From: an uncultured Chloroflexia bacterium
GTDB taxonomy: Bacteria; Chloroflexota; Limnocylindria; Limnocylindrales; CSP1-4
Direction of reading: 5' to 3'
Assembly (NCBI GenBank): GCA_963813535.1
Contig: CAWEZH010000002.1
Coordinates: forward strand, 448,001-512,000
DNA length: 64,000 nucleotides
Numbering within the stretch: the stretch's first letter is position 1; every line of letters begins with the position of its first letter. Below the pieces are notes generated by a model that searched no databases, was not told where the DNA came from, and saw nothing but the letters and a program-made list of their open reading frames with translations. Of the stretch, positions 19,681 through 30,923 are shown one piece after another. The translations under genes were made by a program, and so were the position numbers.

Positions 19681-20282
19681 TGCTACGCATCGGCATCACC
19701 GGCCCGATCGGCTGCGGCAAGTCGACCGTCGCGAGTTGGCTAGGCGAGCACGCCGATGTGTGCGTGATCGACGCCGACCATGTCGCCCGGCTCGTGCTGG
19801 CGCCCGAGACGCCCGAGGTAGAGGCTGTGTATGCGCGGTTCGGCGAGGCGCTTCGTCGACCGAGCGGCGAACTCGATCGCGCGGCACTCGGGCGCATCGT
19901 GTTCGCCGACGACGTGGCTCTGCGCGACCTCGAGGCGATCGTCCATCCGGCCGTGCGTCCACGCATCCTCGCCCAGATCGAGCGAGCCGAAGCGTCCGGC
20001 GCGCGAGCCGTCGTGATCGAGGCGATCAAGCTCGTGGAGGGCGGGCTGGCGGAGCTGTGCGACGAGGTATGGCTGGTCGCCTGCGACCCAGCGGTCCAGC
20101 TGGAGCGCTTGGTGGGTCGCGGCGATCCGGCGGACGATGCCTCGTCCCGCGTCGGTGCACAGCGCGACCTGGTCGAGCGACTGCGGGGCGCCGCAACGCT
20201 GATCGTCGATACGAGCGGCGAGCCCGTCGCGACCCGAACGATGGTCGACGGCCTCCTGGACGAGGCCCTGCGCTCCAAGTAG
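19680..20282 (+). CDS. coaE: Dephospho-CoA kinase
   Basis: Motifs IGITGPIGCGKST, IDAD, LDRAALGRIVF and LEAIVHPAV. TGATG coupling. Confidence 0.95.
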   Translation: MLRIGITGPIGCGKSTVASWLGEHADVCVIDADHVARLVLAPETPEVEAVYARFGEALRRPSGELDRAALGRIVFADDVALRDLEAIVHPAVRPRILAQIERAEASGARAVVIEAIKLVEGGLAELCDEVWLVACDPAVQLERLVGRGDPADDASSRVGAQRDLVERLRGAATLIVDTSGEPVATRTMVDGLLDEALRSK

Positions 20283-20340
20283 GCCCGCATCGCGAACTCC
20301 GAACGTGGCGGACGGCGACGCTCGTTGACGCAAGGCGGCC

Positions 20341-20370
20341 GCCCGGACCACCGAGGATGGCGGTCCGGGC
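20341..20370. terminator. Stem-loop between convergent coaE and cpaB
   Basis: Inverted repeat GCCCGGACC...GGTCCGGGC. There is no U-tract. Confidence 0.45.
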
Positions 20371-20430
20371 AGCCCGGAGGTGCGCCGGGTCAGCGGCGCG
20401 AAATGGAATCGATGTCCGTCCGGCGCGGGG

Positions 20431-21333
20431 CTACGAGGGACTCGCCGAAGGTGACGCCGACGTCCTTGGCGATTCCGATGGTGACGGTGTCGGGACCGGC
20501 GTAGGTCGCGCTGTCGGGATCGGACCGGAGACCGGCGGGAACGCCACCGGGACCGGCAGGCCGTAGCGGATGATCACCTTGTTGGTGGTCGTTCCCAATG
20601 CAGATGCGTCGACCATGCGCGTATCGACGTCCGGCCTGAGGGCGAGGCTGAACGAGGCCGACCCGCTGGCCTGCAGATGCGATATCTCCTCGGCGACATC
20701 GACCGGTGCCTTGAGCACGTAGAAGGTTCCGGACTTGGCCAGCAGCAGCATGTTCTGGTACGACAGCTTCGTCGACTTGTCCGTGTAGAACCCGTCCTCG
20801 CCCAAGCCGGTAGAGGAGTCGGTCAGGACGTTGACGCTGGCGGTCACGAACACATCGACCGTCTGGTTGGCGATCAATAGCCCGCCGACCGCCCGGTCGT
20901 CGGGCACGGTCAGCGAGATCGCCCGCCAGTCGGGCGAATCGGCCGCGATCACATCAGCCGGGCCCAGGACCGAGAACTGCCCGCCTTCGGTGCTCGAGGC
21001 AAGTAGGTTGGTCAGGACCATCTGGCCCTGCAGGATGGCGACCGCGGGGACGCGCCCGATGACCTTGTCCGGCGTCGAGGCGATGCCCTGTGCGTTCGTG
21101 TCGTCGAGCGGGATCTCGCGAACGAGCACGTCGGTCGCCTCGATGATCTTGCGCGCCGGGATCGTCTTTGCGGCGACGACGACCGCGACCCGCTGCAGAC
21201 CGGCCCCGCCGGCCTGCTGCTGGGCCTGATTGATGAGGAAGAACGCTGCGCCGCCGGCGAAGACGGCGAGGATGACGCCGATGACGAGGATCCATCGACC
21301 CCGACGACTGGGGTCCTTGTATTCCATCTCCAC
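20431..21333 (-). CDS. cpaB: Flp/Tad pilus assembly protein CpaB/RcpC
   Basis: N-terminal TM, SAF domain (VVVAAKTIPARKII), RcpC region (RAISLTVPDDRAVGGLL..VDVFVT) and a P/T/S-rich tail. Confidence 0.85.
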   Translation of the reverse strand: MEMEYKDPSRRGRWILVIGVILAVFAGGAAFFLINQAQQQAGGAGLQRVAVVVAAKTIPARKIIEATDVLVREIPLDDTNAQGIASTPDKVIGRVPAVAILQGQMVLTNLLASSTEGGQFSVLGPADVIAADSPDWRAISLTVPDDRAVGGLLIANQTVDVFVTASVNVLTDSSTGLGEDGFYTDKSTKLSYQNMLLLAKSGTFYVLKAPVDVAEEISHLQASGSASFSLALRPDVDTRMVDASALGTTTNKVIIRYGLPVPVAFPPVSGPIPTARPTPVPTPSPSESPRTSASPSASPS

Positions 21334-21373
21334 GTGGGATGCCTCCGAAAGGGTTGGTGCCGTGCCCGCCCGG

Positions 21374-23287
21374 CTAGTTCCAGGGCACGAGTCGCGCCAC
21401 CTGACCGCGGCGCAACGCGGGATCGTTCATGTCGGCGTACACCCCAGAGATCGCGTAGCCGTTGATCGCATTGCTATCGACTGATGTGATCCGGAACGTG
21501 CTGAAGCCAAGGATGTCGACGTACTCGTTCGAGGTGCTGGCGGTCGCGATCGCGACCGTGATGGGAACCATCCGGGTCACCGGCTGGCCGACCGAATTGA
21601 TGCCGGACACGCGGAGCGACAGCGAATAGACGCCCGGCCCGAGCGTGCCGCCGCTGACGGACACGGTCGCGGTCGACGACGTGCCCTTGTTGAGCGTGAT
21701 GGTCGATGGGCTGACCGACACCGTGCCGATGCCCGTCGGCAGGACCCCGTTGGCATCCGCGCCACCCTCGACGGTGAGGCTGACCGGGCCGCCGAAGAAC
21801 GTGCCGTTGTTGTTGGTCGTGCTGACGGTGACGCCGCTCGTGCCCGTCCCGCCGGTCGAGGGGATCAGGATCGCGGCGCCGCCACTCGTCGAGAAGTCGC
21901 GGTTGACGCTGCCGATCGAGATGCCGACCGGATAGAAGTGGTCGAGGAGCACGGGACTCGACGAATGGCCCTGGATCCAGGCCGTGTACACGCCCTGCGG
22001 CGCACCGGTCGTCTGGAACGTCGACCATGTCACCGTCCCGTTCGGCGTGAGCGGGCTAGGGCTGAACGTCATCGGGGTCAGCGTCGTGCCCCACGGATGC
22101 GCCGGCTCGCTCCAGTTCGGGAAGGCGCTCGTCGCGACGACGCCGGTGAAGGACGCGTTCTTCGTCACGCTCATCGTGATCGAGTTGTTGCGCGTCTGGT
22201 TGGTGTTGATCGTGACGGTGCTAGGGACTACGTAGCTGAAATCCGGGATGCTCGACACGGTCCCGGAGTAGACGGCTGCCAGGATCTCGTCGCCTGGGTT
22301 GTACCGGTCGTTGATCGCGTCGATGATGATCCCGGAGGAGTTGCCGTCGATGATCGCGACTTGGTCGTTGGGGTCGGGTGGGACCGTGACTGGCGGGAAG
22401 TCGGGTCCCGGGTAGCCGGTGGCCACCCAGCCGGCCTCCATGGCTTTGAGCGTGTTCGCATTCGTGCCTGCGGAAACGCCGTTGTAGAACACGTTCGAGG
22501 GCGGCGATGCGTATTGGAAGTTGCGGATGTCCAAGGCCACGAAGCCGCGGAAGCTCGCGGCGTTCGACGGGGCGGATCCCTGCCCGACGAGGGCGATGAT
22601 CGGCCCGTGATTGACAGGATCGTCGTCCGGGGTCGTTCCGTTGAACGGCAGGCCAGGATTGGGGGTCGAGCGAAGGGACCCGTCCGTGGCGCTGCCGAGG
22701 CACGATGTGTTCGCCGTCGCGACGAGATCCTGGAAGTGGTTGGTGTTCCCGTCGCACGGAGCGACCGCGCCGACGAACGGACCGGGGGCGTTGATGTAGT
22801 GACGGACGGCGATCGGGAGCAGGTCGCCCTTCGTGGCGACGAGCGCCTTGCCGCCGAGGACCGCCGAGCTCAGCCCGATCACCCGGCCGAACGTGTATGA
22901 GACGTTGCTCTTGATCGCGACGCGGACGTCACCGCCGCTGATCAGGATCCCGCTCGACAGGTACATCGGGTCACCGGGGTGGCCGGTCTCATACTGCGGC
23001 GTCAGCGCCACCGAGGCCACCGTCCCGGTCGGACTCCCTATGAGGTTGCGGGTCAGGATGTCGCGGCCCTCGGCCTCCGCGTCGGTCGTGGACTCGCCGC
23101 GGATCAGCGCGTTTGCGATCGCCAGGGCCCCGGCGTCGGCTGCGTTCTGGAGGAATCGCTTCTCGCTGTAGAACCGCCCGATGTCGAACGCCAGCCCGGC
23201 GGCCGCCATGATGCCGACCAGCGCCATCGCGAAGAGCACCAGGATCTGACCCGGCTGCCGACGGCGGCTGACGCGAGGCCGGGCCAT
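21374..23287 (-). CDS. TadG-like minor pilin/adhesin
   Basis: Prepilin-like N-terminus GQILVLFAMALVGIMAAAGLAFDIG...LQNAADAGALA, followed by long T/S/G/N-rich beta-type domains. Confidence 0.85.
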   Translation of the reverse strand: MARPRVSRRRQPGQILVLFAMALVGIMAAAGLAFDIGRFYSEKRFLQNAADAGALAIANALIRGESTTDAEAEGRDILTRNLIGSPTGTVASVALTPQYETGHPGDPMYLSSGILISGGDVRVAIKSNVSYTFGRVIGLSSAVLGGKALVATKGDLLPIAVRHYINAPGPFVGAVAPCDGNTNHFQDLVATANTSCLGSATDGSLRSTPNPGLPFNGTTPDDDPVNHGPIIALVGQGSAPSNAASFRGFVALDIRNFQYASPPSNVFYNGVSAGTNANTLKAMEAGWVATGYPGPDFPPVTVPPDPNDQVAIIDGNSSGIIIDAINDRYNPGDEILAAVYSGTVSSIPDFSYVVPSTVTINTNQTRNNSITMSVTKNASFTGVVATSAFPNWSEPAHPWGTTLTPMTFSPSPLTPNGTVTWSTFQTTGAPQGVYTAWIQGHSSSPVLLDHFYPVGISIGSVNRDFSTSGGAAILIPSTGGTGTSGVTVSTTNNNGTFFGGPVSLTVEGGADANGVLPTGIGTVSVSPSTITLNKGTSSTATVSVSGGTLGPGVYSLSLRVSGINSVGQPVTRMVPITVAIATASTSNEYVDILGFSTFRITSVDSNAINGYAISGVYADMNDPALRRGQVARLVPWN

Positions 23288-23805
23288 CAGTTGGCCACCA
23301 TCGTCACTTCGGATGTCAGGCCGAGGCGACCGTTCATGTCCTTGGGCAGGAATTGGGGGATCAGCGGGATCACGAGATCCTGGTGGTAGGTCGCCCGGAT
23401 GGTGATGTGATAGCCCACCCGGGCGTCGGTGTCGGTCGTGCCGCCGGGGAGCAGGTAGGTCACCACGAGATCGCCGTTGGTGAAGGTGTTGCCGGTTTGC
23501 GTCCATGTCCCTGACGTCGCGAAGTTCGGCGAGGTCTTGGACAGCAGGTTCATCGACGCAAGCAGGGACGTCTTGATGAACTCGTTGCGGGCGAGGTCGT
23601 TCTGCGTCTTCGACATCGCAGCGTCGTACACATAGACGGTCCCGTTCCGCGCTCCCTCGCGCGTCGCATTGGTCAGCGTGACGAAGGCGTTGAAGATGAA
23701 CCCGAACTGGATGATCGCGAGCACGATGATGAACAGTGGCATCAGGACGAGGGAGAACTCGACCAAGCTCTGACCTCGATGATGGGGGCGACGACGGGAC
23801 CGCAT
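23287..23805 (-). CDS. tadE: TadE-like pseudopilin
   Basis: RGQSLVEFSLVLMPLFIIVLAIIQFG...NATREGAR. Confidence 0.88.
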   Translation of the reverse strand: MRSRRRPHHRGQSLVEFSLVLMPLFIIVLAIIQFGFIFNAFVTLTNATREGARNGTVYVYDAAMSKTQNDLARNEFIKTSLLASMNLLSKTSPNFATSGTWTQTGNTFTNGDLVVTYLLPGGTTDTDARVGYHITIRATYHQDLVIPLIPQFLPKDMNGRLGLTSEVTMVAN

Positions 23806-23919
23806 CGGCGACAGTGGTTCTCTAGCGTGCTGTGGCCCCGAGTGTCGGGCCCGGATGGCCGGCATCGGTATGAGTCATTCGTCCCCACCACGCTGGCCGA
23901 GAGGGGCATCCGCGGATGC

Positions 23920-23931
23920 GAACGTTCGTTC
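23920..23931. promoter_or_regulatory. LexA (SOS) box upstream of uvrB
   Basis: GAAC-GTTC-GTTC matches GAAC-N4-GTTC and lies over the -35 region of the TAGACT -10 at 23951-23956. Confidence 0.75.
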
Positions 23932-23962
23932 TGTACTGCGGGGCCCCGTGTAGACTGGACCG

Positions 23963-26342
23963 GTGCCCGACTTCGAACTTGTCGCCCCGTTCGAGCCGAC
24001 GGGGGATCAGCCAGCCGCCATCGACCGCCTGACCGACGGCCTCGCCCGAGGCCAGAAGGGACCAGGTGCTGCTCGGCGCGACCGGCACCGGAAAGACCGC
24101 GACGCTGGCCTGGACGATCGCGAAGCACAACAAGCCGACGCTGGTGCTGGCCCACAACAAGACGCTTGCCGCCCAGCTGTACGCCGAGTTCCGGGAGTTC
24201 TTCCCGAACAACGCCGTCGAGTACTTCGTCAGCTACTTCGACTACTACCAGCCCGAGGCGTACCTGCCCCGGAGCGACACCTACATCGAGAAGGACTCGT
24301 CGCGCAACGACGAGATCGATCGGCTCCGCCATGCCGCGACGCATGCGCTGTTCGAGCGGCGGGACGTGATCATCGTCGCCAGCGTCTCGTGTATCTACGG
24401 CCTGGGCGCGCCGGTCGACTACGGCGCGACCGTGTTGAAGCTGCGCCAGGGGGGCAAGTACCGGCGCGACGCTGTCCTCCGCCACCTCGTCGATCTCCAG
24501 TACCAGCGCAACGACCAGGCACTCGGTCGCGCCCGCTTCCGGGTCCGTGGCGACACCCTCGAGCTCCAGCCGGCGTCAGAGGAGTTCGTGGTCCGGGTCG
24601 AGTTCTTCGGCGACGAAGTCGAGCGCATCACCGAGCTCGATCCGCTGACCGGGGAGCTGCTCGCGGAGCGCCGCGAGACCAACATCTATCCGGCGACCCA
24701 CTTCGTGACGCCGGCCGACAAGCTGCGCGAGGCCGTCGTCGACATCGAGGCGGAGATGGAGGTGCGCGTCGGCGAGCTGGAGCGTGAGGGCCGGGCGCTC
24801 GAGGCCGCCCGGCTTCGCCAGCGGACGACGTTCGATCTGGAGATGCTGCGCGAGCTCGGCTATTGCACCGGCGTCGAGAACTATTCGCGTCATCTCGCCC
24901 GACGTGAGGCCGGTTCGCGGCCGTGGACGCTGCTCGACTACTTCCCGCCGGACTGGCTGCTCGTCGTCGACGAATCGCACATGACGATCCCGCAGGTCGT
25001 CGGCATGTACAAGAACGACCGAACCCGCAAGGAGATCCTGGTCGACTTCGGTTTCCGGCTCCCGTCCGCGCTCGACAATCGGCCGCTGACCTTCGAGGAG
25101 TTCGAGTCGTCGGTCAACCAGGCCGTGTACATGAGCGCGACGCCCGGGCCGTACGAGCTCGAGCGAAGCAAGGGCCAGATCGTCCAGCAGCTCATCCGGC
25201 CGACCGGCATCGTCGATCCGCCGGTGACCATCAAGCCGACCGAGGGCCAGATCGACGACCTGCTCGAGGAGATCCGGACGCGCGTCGAGCGCGGCGAGCG
25301 CGCGCTGGTCACGACGCTGACCAAGAAGATGGCCGAGGACCTGACCGACTACCTCAAGGAGCTCGGGGTCAAGGTCCAGTACCTCCATAGCGAGGTGGAC
25401 ACGCTGGAGCGCGTCGCGATCCTGCGCGACCTGCGCCTCGGCGTGTTCGACGTGCTCGTCGGCATCAACCTGCTGCGCGAGGGCATCGACCTGCCCGAGG
25501 TCACGCTTGTCGCCATCCTTGACGCCGACAAGGAGGGCTTCCTGCGATCGGCGTGGTCGCTGATCCAGATGATCGGCCGGGCCGCGCGGAACATCGGTGG
25601 CGAAGTGATCATGTACGCGGACAAGGTCACGGAGTCGATGCAGGTCGCCATCGACGAGACAGACCGCCGCCGCGCCGTCCAGGACGCCTACAACATCGAG
25701 AAGGGCATCGAGCCCACGACGATCGTGAAGGGCATCCACGACCTGAACCAGCGCCTGCGGGCCGTCGCCGAGTCGACCATCGTCTACACCTCCGAGCGCG
25801 AGGGCGGCCGGCCGTTCGACGAGTCCGATCGCGTCAAGGTCGAGGCCCTCGTCAACCGGATGGAGGCCGAGATGCGGGGCGCCGCCAAGGAGCTCGAGTT
25901 CGAGCGGGCGGCCGCGCTCCGGGACGAGATCCAGCAGATCCGCCTGCGGGTGCTGGAGCAGGACGCCTCGGTGACGGTCGCGAGGGCGGCTGAGCGGGCG
26001 GCCCAGGACAAGGGTCGGGCGGCGACGGGCCTGACGGGTGCTGCAGACCGGGCGCGTGGACGCCGAGCCGCGGACGAGCTGGCCGCATCGACACCGTTGC
26101 TCGAGGTCACGAGCGTCACCGTACTGCCCGCCGAGGAGGAGCCCGGCGAGTCGCTCGACGGCGAGCCGGGGGGCGCCGACACCGCGTCCGACTGGCTGCC
26201 CGGGATCCGTGACGAGCACGAGGATGAGGCGGGCTGGCAGGCACGCTGGCTGGACCGGCCGACATGGGACCGGACGGTCACCCCGAACATCCGCAAGCGC
26301 ACCGGCCAACGACCGGTCCGATCGGGCCGCCGGCGGAGCTAG
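23963..26342 (+). CDS. uvrB: Excinuclease ABC subunit B (contains an apparent +1 frameshift at 24058-24060)
   Basis: The N-terminus [21 protein letters not shown] lies in one frame. [37 protein letters not shown] and the UVR domain lie in the +1 frame (ORF 24066-26342). Confidence 0.95.
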
Positions 26343-26599
26343 GCGGGCTGCCGGCGGGCGGATCGGGCTGGCAAACGCGGCGTCGGCACGGCCGCCGTGA
26401 ACTCTCCCGTAATCGCCGCATCACTGCAACGGAAGCCGGCTTCCGATGGGCGCGCAGGCACCTCGGACACGCCATCCTCGAGGTCGGATAACGACACGCC
26501 GGGCGGACGGTGTCTGCACGCACCGCTTCCTTGGCCGGAGGGCCTCCAAAGCGAAGATTCGGTGGTGCAGACGGGGCAGGTCCGGGCTAGTTTGGTGGG

Positions 26600-26911
26600 G
26601 TGTTGCTACGCTTCGTGACCCTCGCGATCGCGCAGGCATTCGACTTCGCGACGTTCAACGTCATGGTCGGCTCACACGGCCCTGGCGCCGAGGCGAATCC
26701 ACTGATCCAGAGCATGTTCATGACGCTCGGGACGCCCGCGGTCGCATTCGTGAAGGTGGCCCTGGTGACACTGATCGTGGCCCTTGGCATCGCGGCGGCG
26801 GTCCGTGGCGGCCAGGGTCGATGGCGGGTCGTCGGTGGCATGCCGCTGGCCCTCGGGATCACGGCCGGGCTCATCGGTGGGATCACCAACGCGGCGGTGC
26901 TGCTGCGCTAG
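26600..26911 (+). CDS. Small membrane protein (DUF5658-like, EANP motif)
   Basis: AQAFDFATF...EANPLI...KVALV with three hydrophobic segments. TAGTTT -10 lies 6 nt upstream of the GTG. Confidence 0.7.
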   Translation: MLLRFVTLAIAQAFDFATFNVMVGSHGPGAEANPLIQSMFMTLGTPAVAFVKVALVTLIVALGIAAAVRGGQGRWRVVGGMPLALGITAGLIGGITNAAVLLR

Positions 26912-26943
26912 TCGGGCACCCGAACGACCCGAAGCCCGCGAGC

Positions 26944-26955
26944 GAACACCTGTTC
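26944..26955. promoter_or_regulatory. LexA (SOS) box upstream of uvrA
   Basis: GAAC-ACCT-GTTC, with nearly the same geometry relative to the -10 (TAGACT, 26974-26979) as the uvrB box. Confidence 0.8.
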
Positions 26956-26985
26956 CAAATGGCCGAAATCGGCTAGACTTCACTC

Positions 26986-30066
<3,081 letters not shown>

Positions 30067-30148
30067 CGGGCGCCGAGCCGCCTCGAGCACCGGACGGAAC
30101 CCCTCCTTCCGTGTCGTAGGCGCCCCGACCAGCGGCTAGGATAGCCAC

Positions 30149-30595
30149 GTGCCGGACATCGATTTCGCCTTCCTGGCCGACGCGGCCGAGACGATCCCTG
30201 GCCAGAAATTCCACGTCCTCGGCGGGGGGATCGCGCGCATCGGTGGCCGCCGCTTCCCGCTGCGCCACCCCCATCTGGCGCTGGTGATCGGCCTCCAGGT
30301 GACAGCCCCTGAGACCGAGCGGGAGCACGACATCCGTTTCGTCCTGCTGGATCCCGATGGGGCTGAGGTCGCCGGCGCGACCGGCAGCCTCGTTGCGAGG
30401 AGCCAGCGCGACGGCCGTGACGCGACGCTGACCTTCTCGATCGACCTGTGGAACCTGACCTTCCCAGCTCCCGGCGACTACTCCTTCCGCATCCTCGTCA
30501 ACGGTTCGGAGCGCAAGCGGTTGCCGTTGCTGCTGCTCGCGCCCCCCGACGGCGCCGCCGGCACGGAGTCGGCGACGACGCCAGCGGATGCCTGA
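30149..30595 (+). CDS. Conserved hypothetical protein (DUF6941-like)
   Basis: FAFLADAA...KFHVLGGG...LLDPDG...FPAPGDYSFRILVNG. TAGGAT -10 lies 6 nt upstream. Confidence 0.7.
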   Translation: MPDIDFAFLADAAETIPGQKFHVLGGGIARIGGRRFPLRHPHLALVIGLQVTAPETEREHDIRFVLLDPDGAEVAGATGSLVARSQRDGRDATLTFSIDLWNLTFPAPGDYSFRILVNGSERKRLPLLLLAPPDGAAGTESATTPADA

Positions 30596-30923
30596 GGGGA
30601 CACGGGCACGCGGGCTCGCCCGCCACGAACTCGGGGCGATCGACGACCTCGCGCTCATCGCGGCACGCCACGCGGACCGCATCCTGGCGGCCGCTCGCGA
30701 GCGACACGCCGATCGCTGGGCAACGTATCTCGAACCGCTGCCGGACCGACTCCGCGACGAGGGCCTGCCCGGCCTGCGGGCGACCGCCATGCGCGCCCGT
30801 GCCGCCTATGGCCCGAAGGACTCGGTGCGTGATGCGTTGCCGCCCGACGTGACCGAACCATTCCTGGACTCGATCGACCGGCTGCTGCGCGAGATCAACC
30901 GCGCGATGGCGCGGGGCTCGTGA
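30588..30923 (+). CDS. Hypothetical protein
   Basis: Overlaps the upstream stop. Typical codon usage; contains RAAYGPKDSVRDALP. Confidence 0.6.
   Translation: MPEGTRARGLARHELGAIDDLALIAARHADRILAAARERHADRWATYLEPLPDRLRDEGLPGLRATAMRARAAYGPKDSVRDALPPDVTEPFLDSIDRLLREINRAMARGS

Noticed and set aside
26530-26590. SRP RNA suggested by CAGGTCCGG and AAGGAAGC-like words
   Set aside because: The two words are on opposite strands and do not form the contiguous domain IV motif.
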